Positions 42,763 to 59,857 of a stretch of 64,000 bases of DNA are shown here, piece by piece. The DNA is from the human T2T-CHM13v2.0 reference genome, Homo sapiens. Below the pieces are notes generated by a model. The model did not search any database. It saw nothing but the letters and a program-made list of their open reading frames with translations, and was not told where the DNA came from. The position numbers were made by a program, and so were the translations under genes. The stretch is taken from NCBI RefSeq assembly GCF_009914755.1, contig NC_060925.1. One strand, given 5' to 3'. How positions within the stretch are numbered: the stretch's first letter is position 1; the number at the start of each line of letters is the position of its first letter.

Positions 42763-45700
42763 AATGGTCTCGAATGGAATCATCTTCAAATGGAATGGAA
42801 TGGAATCATCGCATAGAATCGAATGGAATTATCATCGAATGGAATCGAATGGAATCAACATCAAACGGAAAAAAACGGAATTATCGAATGGAATCGAAGA
42901 GAATCATCGAATGGACCCGAATGGAATCATCTAATGGAATGGAATGGAATAATCCATGGACTCGAATGCAATCATCATCGAATGGAATCGAATGGAATCA
43001 TCGAATGGACTCGAATGGAATAATCATTGAACGGAATCGAATGGAATCATCATCGGATGGAAATGAATGGAATCATCATCGAATGGAATCGAATAGAATT
43101 ATGGAATGAAATCCAGTGTGATCATCATCGAATGGACCCGAATGGAATCATCATCCAACGGAAGCTAATGGAATCAACATCGAATGAATCGAATGGAAAC
43201 ACCATCGAATTGAAACGAATGGAATTATCATGAAATTGAAATGGATGGATTCATCATCGAATGGATTCGAATGGAATCATCGAATAAAATTGATTGAAAT
43301 CATCATCGAATGGAATCGAATGGTATCATTGAATGGAATCGAATGGAATCATCATCAGATGGAAATGAATGGAATCGTCATAGAATGGAATCGAATGGAT
43401 TCATTGAATGGAATCAGATGGAATCATCGAATGGACTGGAATGGAATCATTGAATGGACTCGAAAGGGATCATGATTGAATGGAATTGAATGGAATCATC
43501 GAATGGTCTCGATTGGAATCATTATCAAATGGAATCGAATGGAATCACCGAATAGAATCGAATGGAACAATCATCGAATGGACTCAAATGGAATTATCCT
43601 CAAATGGAATCGAATGGAATTATCGAATGCAATCGAATGGAATTATCGAATGCAATCGAATAGAATCATCGAAAGGACTCGAATGGAATCATCGAATGGA
43701 ATGGAATGGAACAGTCAATGAACTCGAATGGAATCATCATTGAATGGAATCGAATGGAATCATCGAGTGGAATCGAATGGAATTATGATCAAATGGAATC
43801 GAATGTAATCATCATCAAATGGAATCAAAAATAACCATCATCAATTGGTATTGAATGGAATTGTCATCAAATGGAATTCAAAGGAATCATCATCAAATGG
43901 AACCGAATGGAATCCTCATTGAATGGAAATGAAAGGGGTCATCATCTAATGGAATCGCATGGAATCATCATCAAATGGAATCGAATGGAATCATCATCAA
44001 ATGGAATCTAATGGAATCATTGAACAGAATTGAATGGAATCGTCATCGAATGAATTGAATGCAATCATCGAATGGTCTCGAATGGAATCATCTTCTAATG
44101 GAAAGGAATGGAATCATCGCATAGAATCGAATGGAATTATCATCGAATGGAATCGAATGGTATCAACACCAAACGGAAAAAAACGGAATTATCGAATGGA
44201 ATCGAAGAGAATCTTCGAACGGACCCGAATGGAATCATCTAATGGAATGGAATGGAATAATCCATGGACTCGAATGCAATCATCATCGAATGGAATGGAA
44301 TGGAATCATCGAATGGACTCGAATGGAATAATCATTGAACGGAATCGAATGGAATCATCATCGGATGGAAACGAATGGAATCATCATCGAATGGAAATGA
44401 AAGGAGTCATCATCTAATGGAATTGCATGGAATCATCATCAAATGGAATCGAATGGAATCAACATCAAATGGAATCAAATGGAATCATTGAACGGAATTG
44501 AATGGAATCGTCATCGAATGAATTGACTGCAATCATCGAATGGTCTCGAATGGAATCATCTTCAAATGGAATGGAATGGAATCATCGCATAGAATCGAAT
44601 GGAATTATCATCGAATGGAATCGAATGGAATCAACATCAAACGGAAAAAAACGGAATTATCGAATGGAATCGAAGAGGATCATCGAATGGACCCGAATGG
44701 AATCATCTAATGGAATGGAATGGAATAATCCATGGACTCGAATGCAATCATCATCGAATGGAATCGAATGGAATCATCGAATGGACTCGAATGGAATAAT
44801 CATTGAACGGAATCGAATGGAATCATCATCGGATGGAAATGAATGGAATCATCATCGAATGGAATCGAATATAATTATGGAATGAAATCCAGTGTGATCA
44901 TCATCGAATGGACCCGAATGGAATCATCATCCAACGGAAGCTAATGGAATCAACATCGAATGAATCGAATGGAAACACCATCGAATTGAAACGAATGGAA
45001 TTATCATGAAATTGAAATGGATGGACTCATCATCGAATGGATTCGAATGGAATCATCGAATAAAATTGATTGAAATCATCATCCAATGGAATCGAATGGT
45101 ATCATTGAATGGAATCGAATGGAATCATCATCAGATGGAAATGAATGGAATCTTCATAGAATGGAATCGAATGGATTCATTGAATGGAATCAGATGGAAT
45201 CATCGAATGGACTGGAATGGAATCATTGAATGGACTCGAAAGGGATCATTATTGAATGGAATTGAATGGAATCATCGAATGGTCTCGATTGGAATCATTA
45301 TCAAATGGAATCGAATGGAATCACCGAATAGAATCGAATGGAACAATCATCGAATGGGCTCAAATGGAATTATCCTCCAATGGAATCGAATGGAATTATC
45401 GAATGCAATCGAATGGAATTATCGAATGCAATCGAATAGAATCATCGAATGGACTCGAATGGAATCATCGAATGGAATGGAATGGAACAGTCAATGAACT
45501 CGAATGGAATCATCATTGAATGGAATCGAATGGAATCATCGAGTGGAATCGAATGGAATTATGATCAAATGGAATCGAATGTAATCATCATCAAATGGAA
45601 TCAAAAATAACCATCATCAATTGGTATTGAATGGAATTGTCATCAAATGGAATTCAAAGGAATCATCATCAAATGGAACCGAATGGAATCCTCATTGAAT

Positions 45701-48700
45701 GGAAATGAAAGGGGTCATCATCTAATGGAATCGCATGGAATCATCATCAAATGGAATCGAATGGAATCATCATCAAATGGAATCTAATGGAATCATTGAA
45801 CAGAATTGAATGGAATCGTCATCGAATGAATTGAATGCAATCATCGAATGGTCGCGAATGGAATCATCTTCTAATGGAAAGGAATGGAATCATCGCATAG
45901 AATCGAATGGAATTATCATCGAATGGAATCGAATGGTATCAACACCAAACGGAAAAAAACGGAATTATCGAATGGAATCGAAGAGAATCTTCGAACGGAC
46001 CCGAATGGAATCATCTAATGGAATGCAATGGAATAATCCATGGACTCGAATGCAATCATCATCGAATGGAATGGAATGGAATCATCGAATGGACTCGAAT
46101 GGAATAATCATTGAACGGAATCGAATGGAATCATCATCGGATGGAAACGAATGGAATCATCATCGAATGGAAATGAAAGGAGTCATCATCTAATGGAATT
46201 GCATGGAATCATCATCAAATGGAATCGAATGGAATCAACATCAAATGGAATCAAATGGAATCATTGAACGGAATTGAATGGAATCGTCATCGAATGAATT
46301 GACTGCAATCATCGAATGGTCTCGAATGGAATCATCTTCAAATGGAATGGAATGGAATCATCGCATAGAATCGAATGGAATTATCATCGAATGGAATCGA
46401 ATGGAATCAACATCAAACGGAAAAAAACGGAATTATCGAATGGAATCGAAGAGAATCATCGAATGGACCCGAATGGAATCATCTAATGGAATGGAATGGA
46501 ATAATCCATGGACTCGAATGCAATCATCGTCGAATGGAATCGAATGGAATCATCGAATGGACTCGAATGGAATAATCATTGAACGGAATCGAATGGAATC
46601 ATCATCGGATGGAAATGAATGGAATCATCATCGAATGGAATCGAATAGAATTATGGAATGAAATCCAGTGTGATCATCATCGAATGGACCCGAATGGAAT
46701 CATCATCCAACGGAAGCTAATGGAATCAACATCGAATGAATCGAATGGAAACACCATCGAATTGAAACGAATGGAATTATCATGAAATTGAAATGGATGG
46801 ACTCATCATCGAATGGATTCGAATGGAATCATCGAATAAAATTGATTGAAATCATCATCGAATGGAATCGAATGGTATCATTGAATGGAATCGAATGGAA
46901 TCATCATCAGATGGAAATGAATGGAATCGTCATAGAATGGAATCGAATGGATTCATTGAATGGAATCAGATGGAATCATCGAATGGACTGGAATGGAATC
47001 ATTGAATGGACTCGAAAGGGATCATGATTGAATGGAATTGAATGGAATCATCGAATGGTCTCGATTGGAATCATTATCAAATGGAATCGAATGGAATCAC
47101 CGAAGAGAATCGAATGGAACAATCATCGAATGGACTCAAATGGAATTATCCTCAAATGGAATCGAATGGAATTATCGAATGCAATCGAATGGAATTATCG
47201 AATGCAATCGAATAGAATCATCGAAAGGACTCGAATGGAATCATCGAATGGAATGGAATGGAACAGTCAATGAACTCGAATGGAATCATCATTGAATGGA
47301 ATCGAATGGAATCATCGAGTGGAATCGAATGGAATTATGATCAAATGGAATCTAATGTAATCATCATCAAATGGAATCAAAAATAACCATCATCAATTGG
47401 TATTGAATGGAATTGTCATCAAATGGAATTCAAAGGAATCATCATCAAATGGAACCGAATGGAATCCTCATTGAATGGAAATGAAAGGGGTCATCATCTA
47501 ATGGAATCGCATGGAATCATCATCAAATGGAATCGAATGGAATCATCATCAAATGGAATCTAATGGAATCATTGAACAGAATTGAATGGAATCGTCATCG
47601 AATGAATTGAATGCAATAATCGAATGGTCTCGAATGGAATCATCTTCTAATGGAAAGGAATGGAATCATCGCATAGAATCGAATGGAATTATCATCGAAT
47701 GGAATCGAATGGTATCAACACCAAACGGAAAAAAACGGAATTATCGAATGGAATCAAAGAGAATCTTCGAACGGACCCGAATGGAATCATCTAATGGAAT
47801 GGAATGGAATAATCCATGGACTCGAATGCAATCATCATCGAATGGAATGGAATGGAATCATCGAATGGACTCGAATGGAATAATCATTGAACGGAATCGA
47901 ATGGAATCATCATCGGATGGAAACGAATGGAATCATCATCGAATGGAAATGAAAGGAGTCATCATCTAATGGAATTGCATGGAATCATCATAAAATGGAA
48001 TCGAATGGAATCAACATCAAATGGAATCAAATGGAATCATTGAACGGAATTGAATGGAATCGTCATCGAATGAATTGACTGCAATCATCGAATGGTCTCG
48101 AATGGAATCATCTTCAAATGGAATGGAATGGAATCATCGCATAGAATCGAATGGAATTATCATCGAATGGAATCGAATGGAATCAACATCAAACGGAAAA
48201 AAACGGAATTATCGAATGGAATCGAAGAGAATCATCGAATGGACCCGAATGGAATCATCTAATGGAATGGAATGGAATAATCCATGGACTCGAATGCAAT
48301 CATCATCGAATGGAATCGAATGGAATCATCGAATGGACTCGAATGGAATAATCATTGAACGGAATCGAATGGAATCATCATCGGATGGAAATGAATGGAA
48401 TCATCATCGAATGGAATCGAATAGAATTATGGAATGAAATCCAGTGTGATCATCATCGAATGGACCCGAATGGAATCATCATCCAACGGAAGCTAATGGA
48501 ATCAACATCGAATGAATCGAATGGAAACACCATCGAATTGAAACGAATGGAATTATCATGAAATTGAAATGGATGGACTCATCATCGAATGGATTCGAAT
48601 GGAATCATCGAATAAAATTGATTGAAATCATCATCGAATGGAATCGAATGGTATCATTGAATGGAATCGAATGGAATCATCATCAGATGGAAATGAATGG

Positions 48701-51700
48701 AATCGTCATAGAATGGAATCGAATGGATTCATTGAATGGAATCAGATGGAATCATCGAATGGACTGGAATGGAATCATTGAATGGACTCGAAAGGGATCA
48801 TGATTGAATGGAATTGAATGGAATCATCGAATGGTCTCGATTGGAATCATTATCAAATGGAATCGAATGGAATCACCGAATAGAATCGAATGGAACAATC
48901 ATCGAATGGACTCAAATAGAATTATCCTCCAATGGAATCGAATGGAATTATCGAATGCAATCGAATGGAATTATCGAATGCAATCGAATAGAATCATCGA
49001 ATGGACTCGAATGGAATCATCGAATGGAATGGAATGGAACAGTCAATGAACTCGAATGGAATCATCATTGAATGGAATCGAATGGAATCATCGAGTGGAA
49101 TCGAATGGAATTATGATCAAATGGAATCGAATGTAATCATCATCAAATGGAATCAAAAATAACCATCATCAATTGGTATTGAATGGAATTGTCATCAAAT
49201 GGAATTCAAAGGAATCATCATCAAATGGAACCGAATGGAATCCTCATTGAATGGAAATGAAAGGGGTCATCATCTAATGGAATCGCATGGAATCATCATC
49301 AAATGGAATCGAATGGAATCATCATCAAATGGAATCTAATGGAATCATTGAACAGAATTGAATGGAATCGTCATCGAATGAATTGAATGCAATCATCGAA
49401 TGGTCTCGAATGGAATCATCTTCTAATGGAAAGGAATGGAATCATCGCATAGAATCGAAGGGAATTATCATCGAATGGAATCGAATGGTATCAACACCAA
49501 ACGGAAAAAAACGGAATTATCGAATGGAATCGAAGAGAATCTTCGAACGGACCCGAATGGAATCATCTAATGGAATGGAATGGAATAATCCATGGACTCG
49601 AATGCAATCATCATCGAATGGAATCGAATGGAATCATCGAATGGACTCGAATGGAATAATCATTGAACGGAATCGATTGGAATCATCATCGGATGGAAAC
49701 GAATGGAATCATCATCGAATGGAAATGAAAGGAGTCATCATCTAATGGAATTGCATGGAATCATCATAAAATGGAATCGAATGGAATCAACATCAAATGG
49801 AATCAAATGGAATCATTGAACGGAATTGAATGGAATCGTCATCGAATGAATTGACTGCAATCATCCAATGGTCTCGAATGGAATCATCTTCAAATGGAAT
49901 GGAATGGAATCATCGCATAGAATCGAATGGAATTATCATCGAATGGAATCGAATGGAATCAACATCAAACGGAAAAAAACGGAATTATCGAATGGAATCG
50001 AAGAGAATCATCGAATGGACCCGAATGGAATCATCTAATGGAATGGAATGGAATAATCCATGGACTCGAATGCAATCATCATCGAATGGAATCGAATGGA
50101 ATCATCGAATGGACTCGAATGGAATAATCATTGAACGGAATCGAATGGAATCATCATCGGATGGAAATGAATGGAATCATCATCGAATGGAATCGAATAG
50201 AATTATGGAATGAAATCCAGTGTGATCATCATCGAATGGACCCGAATGGAATCATCATCCAACGGAAGCTAATGGAATCAACATCGAATGAATCGAATGG
50301 AAACACCATCGAATTGAAACGAATGGAATTATCATGAAATTGAAATGGATGGATTCATCATCGAATGGATTCGAATGGAATCATCGAATAAAATTGATTG
50401 AAATCATCATCGAATGGAATCGAATGGTATCATTGAATGGAATCGAATGGAATCATCATCAGATGGAAATGAATGGAATCGTCATAGAATGGAATCGAAT
50501 GGATTCATTGAATGGAATCAGATGGAATCATCGAATGGACTGGAATGGAATCATTGAATGGACTCGAAAGGGATCATGATTGAATGGAATTGAATGGAAT
50601 CATCGAATGGTCTCGATTGGAATCATTATCAAATGGAATCGAATGGAATCACCGAATAGAATCGAATGGAACAATCATCGAATGGACTCAAATGGAATTA
50701 TCCTCAAATGGAATCGAATGGAATTATCGAATGCAATCGAATGGAATTATCGAATGCAATCGAATAGAATCATCGAAAGGACTCGAATGGAATCATCGAA
50801 TGGAATGGAATGGAACAGTCAATGAACTCGAATGGAATCATCATTGAATGGAATCGAATGGAATCATCGAGTGGAATCGAATGGAATTATGATCAAATGG
50901 AATCGAATGTAATCATCATCAAATGGAATCAAAAATAACCATCATCAATTGGTATTGAATGGAATTGTCATCAAATGGAATTCAAAGGAATCATCATCAA
51001 ATGGAACCGAATGGAATCCTCATTGAATGGAAATGAAAGGGGTCATCATCTAATGGAATCGCATGGAATCATCATCAAATGGAATCGAATGGAATCATCA
51101 TCAAATGGAATCTAATGGAATCATTGAACAGAATTGAATGGAATCGTCATCGAATGAATTGAATGCAATCATCGAATGGTCTCGAATGGAATCATCTTCT
51201 AATGGAAAGGAATGGAATCATCGCATAGAATCGAATGGAATTATCATCGAATGGAATCGAATGGTATCAACACCAAACGGAAAAAAACGGAATTATCGAA
51301 TGGAATCGAAGAGAATCTTCGAACGGACCCGAATGGAATCATCTAATGGAATGGAATGGAATAATCCATGGACTCGAATGCAATCATCATCGAATGGAAT
51401 GGAATGGAATCATCGAATGGACTCGAATGGAATAATCATTGAACGGAATCGAATGGAATCATCATCGGATGGAAACGAATGGAATCATCATCGAATGGAA
51501 ATGAAAGGAGTCATCATCTAATGGAATTGCATGGAATCATCATCAAATGGAATCGAATGGAATCAACATCAAATGGAATCAAATGGAATCATTGAACGGA
51601 ATTGAATGGAATCGTCATCGAATGAATTGACTGCAATCATCGAATGGTCTCGAATGGAATCATCTTCAAATGGAATGGAATGGAATCATCGCATAGAATC

Positions 51701-54700
51701 GAATGGAATTATCATCGAATGGAATCGAATGGAATCAACATCAAACGGAAAAAAACGGAATTATCGAATGGAATCGAAGAGGATCATCGAATGGACCCGA
51801 ATGGAATCATCTAATGGAATGGAATGGAATAATCCATGGACTCGAATGCAATCATCATCGAATGGAATCGAATGGAATCATCGAATGGACTCGAATGGAA
51901 TAATCATTGAACGGAATCGAATGGAATCATCATCGGATGGAAATGAATGGAATCATCATCGAATGGAATCGAATATAATTATGGAATGAAATCCAGTGTG
52001 ATCATCATCGAATGGACCCGAATGGAATCATCATCCAACGGAAGCTAATGGAATCAACATCGAATGAATCGAATGGAAACACCATCGAATTGAAACGAAT
52101 GGAATTATCATGAAATTGAAATGGATGGACTCATCATCGAATGGATTCGAATGGAATCATCGAATAAAATTGATTGAAATCATCATCCAATGGAATCGAA
52201 TGGTATCATTGAATGGAATCGAATGGAATCATCATCAGATGGAAATGAATGGAATCTTCATAGAATGGAATCGAATGGATTCATTGAATGGAATCAGATG
52301 GAATCATCGAATGGACTGGAATGGAATCATTGAATGGACTCGAAAGGGATCATTATTGAATGGAATTGAATGGAATCATCGAATGGTCTCGATTGGAATC
52401 ATTATCAAATGGAATCGAATGGAATCACCGAATAGAATCGAATGGAACAATCATCGAATGGGCTCAAATGGAATTATCCTCCAATGGAATCGAATGGAAT
52501 TATCGAATGCAATCGAATGGAATTATCGAATGCAATCGAATAGAATCATCGAATGGACTCGAATGGAATCATCGAATGGAATGGAATGGAACAGTCAATG
52601 AACTCGAATGGAATCATCATTGAATGGAATCGAATGGAATCATCGAGTGGAATCGAATGGAATTATGATCAAATGGAATCGAATGTAATCATCATCAAAT
52701 GGAATCAAAAATAACCATCATCAATTGGTATTGAATGGAATTGTCATCAAATGGAATTCAAAGGAATCATCATCAAATGGAACCGAATGGAATCCTCATT
52801 GAATGGAAATGAAAGGGGTCATCATCTAATGGAATCGCATGGAATCATCATCAAATGGAATCGAATGGAATCATCATCAAATGGAATCTAATGGAATCAT
52901 TGAACAGAATTGAATGGAATCGTCATCGAATGAATTGAATGCAATCATCGAATGGTCGCGAATGGAATCATCTTCTAATGGAAAGGAATGGAATCATCGC
53001 ATAGAATCGAATGGAATTATCATCGAATGGAATCGAATGGTATCAACACCAAACGGAAAAAAACGGAATTATCGAATGGAATCGAAGAGAATCTTCGAAC
53101 GGACCCGAATGGAATCATCTAATGGAATGCAATGGAATAATCCATGGACTCGAATGCAATCATCATCGAATGGAATGGAATGGAATCATCGAATGGACTC
53201 GAATGGAATAATCATTGAACGGAATCGAATGGAATCATCATCGGATGGAAACGAATGGAATCATCATCGAATGGAAATGAAAGGAGTCATCATCTAATGG
53301 AATTGCATGGAATCATCATCAAATGGAATCGAATGGAATCAACATCAAATGGAATCAAATGGAATCATTGAACGGAATTGAATGGAATCGTCATCGAATG
53401 AATTGACTGCAATCATCGAATGGTCTCGAATGGAATCATCTTCAAATGGAATGGAATGGAATCATCGCATAGAATCGAATGGAATTATCATCGAATGGAA
53501 TCGAATGGAATCAACATCAAACGGAAAAAAACGGAATTATCGAATGGAATCGAAGAGAATCATCGAATGGACCCGAATGGAATCATCTAATGGAATGGAA
53601 TGGAATAATCCATGGACTCGAATGCAATCATCGTCGAATGGAATCGAATGGAATCATCGAATGGACTCGAATGGAATAATCATTGAACGGAATCGAATGG
53701 AATCATCATCGGATGGAAATGAATGGAATCATCATCGAATGGAATCGAATAGAATTATGGAATGAAATCCAGTGTGATCATCATCGAATGGACCCGAATG
53801 GAATCATCATCCAACGGAAGCTAATGGAATCAACATCGAATGAATCGAATGGAAACACCATCGAATTGAAACGAATGGAATTATCATGAAATTGAAATGG
53901 ATGGACTCATCATCGAATGGATTCGAATGGAATCATCGAATAAAATTGATTGAAATCATCATCGAATGGAATCGAATGGTATCATTGAATGGAATCGAAT
54001 GGAATCATCATCAGATGGAAATGAATGGAATCGTCATAGAATGGAATCGAATGGATTCATTGAATGGAATCAGATGGAATCATCGAATGGACTGGAATGG
54101 AATCATTGAATGGACTCGAAAGGGATCATGATTGAATGGAATTGAATGGAATCATCGAATGGTCTCGATTGGAATCATTATCAAATGGAATCGAATGGAA
54201 TCACCGAAGAGAATCGAATGGAACAATCATCGAATGGACTCAAATGGAATTATCCTCAAATGGAATCGAATGGAATTATCGAATGCAATCGAATGGAATT
54301 ATCGAATGCAATCGAATAGAATCATCGAAAGGACTCGAATGGAATCATCGAATGGAATGGAATGGAACAGTCAATGAACTCGAATGGAATCATCATTGAA
54401 TGGAATCGAATGGAATCATCGAGTGGAATCGAATGGAATTATGATCAAATGGAATCTAATGTAATCATCATCAAATGGAATCAAAAATAACCATCATCAA
54501 TTGGTATTGAATGGAATTGTCATCAAATGGAATTCAAAGGAATCATCATCAAATGGAACCGAATGGAATCCTCATTGAATGGAAATGAAAGGGGTCATCA
54601 TCTAATGGAATCGCATGGAATCATCATCAAATGGAATCGAATGGAATCATCATCAAATGGAATCTAATGGAATCATTGAACAGAATTGAATGGAATCGTC

Positions 54701-57197
54701 ATCGAATGAATTGAATGCAATAATCGAATGGTCTCGAATGGAATCATCTTCTAATGGAAAGGAATGGAATCATCGCATAGAATCGAATGGAATTATCATC
54801 GAATGGAATCGAATGGTATCAACACCAAACGGAAAAAAACGGAATTATCGAATGGAATCAAAGAGAATCTTCGAACGGACCCGAATGGAATCATCTAATG
54901 GAATGGAATGGAATAATCCATGGACTCGAATGCAATCATCATCGAATGGAATGGAATGGAATCATCGAATGGACTCGAATGGAATAATCATTGAACGGAA
55001 TCGAATGGAATCATCATCGGATGGAAACGAATGGAATCATCATCGAATGGAAATGAAAGGAGTCATCATCTAATGGAATTGCATGGAATCATCATAAAAT
55101 GGAATCGAATGGAATCAACATCAAATGGAATCAAATGGAATCATTGAACGGAATTGAATGGAATCGTCATCGAATGAATTGACTGCAATCATCGAATGGT
55201 CTCGAATGGAATCATCTTCAAATGGAATGGAATGGAATCATCGCATAGAATCGAATGGAATTATCATCGAATGGAATCGAATGGAATCAACATCAAACGG
55301 AAAAAAACGGAATTATCGAATGGAATCGAAGAGAATCATCGAATGGACCCGAATGGAATCATCTAATGGAATGGAATGGAATAATCCATGGACTCGAATG
55401 CAATCATCATCGAATGGAATCGAATGGAATCATCGAATGGACTCGAATGGAATAATCATTGAACGGAATCGAATGGAATCATCATCGGATGGAAATGAAT
55501 GGAATCATCATCGAATGGAATCGAATAGAATTATGGAATGAAATCCAGTGTGATCATCATCGAATGGACCCGAATGGAATCATCATCCAACGGAAGCTAA
55601 TGGAATCAACATCGAATGAATCGAATGGAAACACCATCGAATTGAAACGAATGGAATTATCATGAAATTGAAATGGATGGACTCATCATCGAATGGATTC
55701 GAATGGAATCATCGAATAAAATTGATTGAAATCATCATCGAATGGAATCGAATGGTATCATTGAATGGAATCGAATGGAATCATCATCAGATGGAAATGA
55801 ATGGAATCGTCATAGAATGGAATCGAATGGATTCATTGAATGGAATCAGATGGAATCATCGAATGGACTGGAATGGAATCATTGAATGGACTCGAAAGGG
55901 ATCATGATTGAATGGAATTGAATGGAATCATCGAATGGTCTCGATTGGAATCATTATCAAATGGAATCGAATGGAATCACCGAATAGAATCGAATGGAAC
56001 AATCATCGAATGGACTCAAATAGAATTATCCTCCAATGGAATCGAATGGAATTATCGAATGCAATCGAATGGAATTATCGAATGCAATCGAATAGAATCA
56101 TCGAATGGACTCGAATGGAATCATCGAATGGAATGGAATGGAACAGTCAATGAACTCGAATGGAATCATCATTGAATGGAATCGAATGGAATCATCGAGT
56201 GGAATCGAATGGAATTATGATCAAATGGAATCGAATGTAATCATCATCAAATGGAATCAAAAATAACCATCATCAATTGGTATTGAATGGAATTGTCATC
56301 AAATGGAATTCAAAGGAATCATCATCAAATGGAACCGAATGGAATCCTCATTGAATGGAAATGAAAGGGGTCATCATCTAATGGAATCGCATGGAATCAT
56401 CATCAAATGGAATCGAATGGAATCATCATCAAATGGAATCTAATGGAATCATTGAACAGAATTGAATGGAATCGTCATCGAATGAATTGAATGCAATCAT
56501 CGAATGGTCTCGAATGGAATCATCTTCTAATGGAAAGGAATGGAATCATCGCATAGAATCGAAGGGAATTATCATCGAATGGAATCGAATGGTATCAACA
56601 CCAAACGGAAAAAAACGGAATTATCGAATGGAATCGAAGAGAATCTTCGAACGGACCCGAATGGAATCATCTAATGGAATGGAATGGAATAATCCATGGA
56701 CTCGAATGCAATCATCATCGAATGGAATCGAATGGAATCATCGAATGGACTCGAATGGAATAATCATTGAACGGAATCGATTGGAATCATCATCGGATGG
56801 AAACGAATGGAATCATCATCGAATGGAAATGAAAGGAGTCATCATCTAATGGAATTGCATGGAATCATCATAAAATGGAATCGAATGGAATCAACATCAA
56901 ATGGAATCAAATGGAATCATTGAACGGAATTGAATGGAATCGTCATCGAATGAATTGACTGCAATCATCCAATGGTCTCGAATGGAATCATCTTCAAATG
57001 GAATGGAATGGAATCATCGCATAGAATCGAATGGAATTATCATCGAATGGAATCGAATGGAATCAACATCAAACGGAAAAAAACGGAATTATCGAATGGA
57101 ATCGAAGAGAATCATCGAATGGACCCGAATGGAATCATCTAATGGAATGGAATGGAATAATCCATGGACTCGAATGCAATCATCATCGAATGGAATC
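42763..57197 (+). repeat. Near-perfect tandem duplication of four units (7,104-bp period)
   Basis: At least 15 rare variants recur exactly 7,104 bp apart, e.g. 43250/50354, 44678/51782, 44872/51976, 45854/52958, 46529/53633, 47105/54209, 48918/56022, 49460/56564. Confidence 0.92.
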
Positions 57198-59857
57198 AAA
57201 TGGAATCATCGAATGGACTCGAATGGAATAATCATTGAACGGAATCGAATGGAATCATCATCAGATGGAAATGAATGGAATCATCATCGAATGGAATCGA
57301 ATAGAATTATGGAATGAAATCCAGTGTGATCATCATCGAATGGACCCGAATGGAATCATCATCCAACGGAAGCTAATGGAATCAACATCGAATGAATCAA
57401 ATGGAAACACCATCGAATTGAAACGAATGGAATTATCATGAAATTGAAATGGATGGACTCATCATCGAATGGATTCGAATGGAATCATCGAATAAAATTG
57501 ATTGAAATCATCATCCAATGGAATCGAATGGTATCATTGAATGGAATCGAATGGAATCATCATCAGATGGAAATGAATGGAATCGTCATAGAATGGAATC
57601 GAATGGATTCATTGAATGGAATCAGATGGAATCATCGAATGGACTGGAATGGAATCATTGAATGGACTCGAAAGGGATCATGATTGAATGGAATTGAATG
57701 GAATCATCGAATGGTCTCGATTGGAATCATTATCAAATGGAAACGAATGGAGTCACCGAATAGAATCGAATGGAACAATCATCGAATGGACTCAAATGGA
57801 ATTATCCTCAAATGGAATCGAATGGAATTATCGAATGCAATCGAATGGAATTATCGAATGCAATCGAATAGAATGATCGAATGGACTCGAATGGAATCAT
57901 CGAATGGAATGGAATGGAACAGTCAATGAACTCGAATGGAATCATCATTGAATGGAATCGAATGGAATCATCGAGTGGAATCGAATGGAATTATGATCAA
58001 ATGGAATCGAATGTAATCATCATCAAATGGAATCAAAAATAACCATCATCAATTGGTATTGAATGGAATTGTCATCAAATGGAATTCAAAGGAATCATCA
58101 TCAAATGGAACCGAATGGAATCCTCATTGAATGGAAATGAAAGGGGTCATCATCTAATGGAATCGCATGGAATCATCATCAAATGGAATCGAATGGAATC
58201 ATCATCAAATGGAATCTAATGGAATCATTGAACAGAATTGAATGGAATCGTCATCGAATGAATTGAATGCAATCATCGAATGGTCTCGAATGGAATCATC
58301 TTCTAATGGAAAGGAATGGAATCATTGCATAGAATCGAATGGAATTATCATCGAATGGAATCGAATGGTATCAACACCAAACGGAAAAAAACGGAATTAT
58401 CGAATGGAATCGAAGAGAATCTTCGAACGGACCCGAATGGAATCATCTAATGGAATGCAATGGAATAATCCATGGACTCGAATGCAATCATCATTGAATG
58501 GAATCGAATGGAATCATCGAATGGACTCGAATGGAATAATCATTGAACGGAATCGAATGGAATCATCATCGGATGGAAACGAATGGAATCATCATCGAAT
58601 GGAAATGAAAGGAGTCATCATCTAATGGAATTGCATGGAATCATCATAAAATGGAATCGAATGGAATCAACATCAAATGGAATCAAATGGAATCATTGAA
58701 CGGAATTGAATGGAATCGTCATCGAATGAATTGACTGCAATCATCCAATGGTCTCGAATGGAATCATCTTCAAATGGAATGGAATGGAATCATCGCATAG
58801 AATCGAATGGAATTATCATCGAATGGAATCGAATGGAATCAACATCAAACGGAAAAAAACGGAATTATCGAATGGAATCGAAGAGAATCATCGAATGGAC
58901 CCGAATGGAATCATCTAATGGAATGGAATGGAATAATCCATGGACTCGAATGCAATCATCATCGAATGGAATCGAATGGAATCATCGAATGGACTCGAAT
59001 GGAATAATCATTGAACGGAATCGAATGGAATCATCATCGGATGGAAATGAATGGAATCATCATCGAATGGAATCGAATATAATTATGGAATGAAATCCAG
59101 TGTGATCATCATCGAATGGACCCGAATGGAATCATCATCCAACGGAAGCTAATGGAATCAACATCGAATGAATCGAATGGAAACACCATCGAATTGAAAC
59201 GAATGGAATTATCATGAAATTGAAATGGATGGACTCATCATCGAATGTATTCGAATGGAATCATCGAATAAAATCGATTGAAATCATCATCCAATGGAAT
59301 CGAATGGTATCATTGAATGGAATCGAATGGAATCATCATCAGATGGAAATGAATGGAATCTTCATAGAATGGAATCGAATGGATTCATTGAATGGAATCA
59401 GATGGAATCATCGAATGGACTGGAATGGAATCATTGAATGGACTCGAAAGGGATCATTATTGAATGGAATTGAATGGAATCATCGAATGGTCTCGATTGG
59501 AATCATTATCAAATGGAATCGAATGGAATCACCGAATAGAATCGAATGGAACAATCATCGAATGGGCTCAAATGGAATTATCCTCCAATGGAATCGAATG
59601 GAATTATCGAATGCAATCGAATGGAATTATCGAATGGAATCGAATAGAATCATCGAATGGACTCGAATGGAATCATCGAATGGAATGGAATGGAACAGTC
59701 AATGAACTCGAATGGAATCATCATTGAATGGAATCGAATGGAATCATCGAGTGGAATCGAATGGAATTATGATCAAATGGAATCGAATGTAATCATCATC
59801 AAATGGAATCAAAAATAACCATCATCAATTGGTATTGAATGGAATTGTCATCAAATG

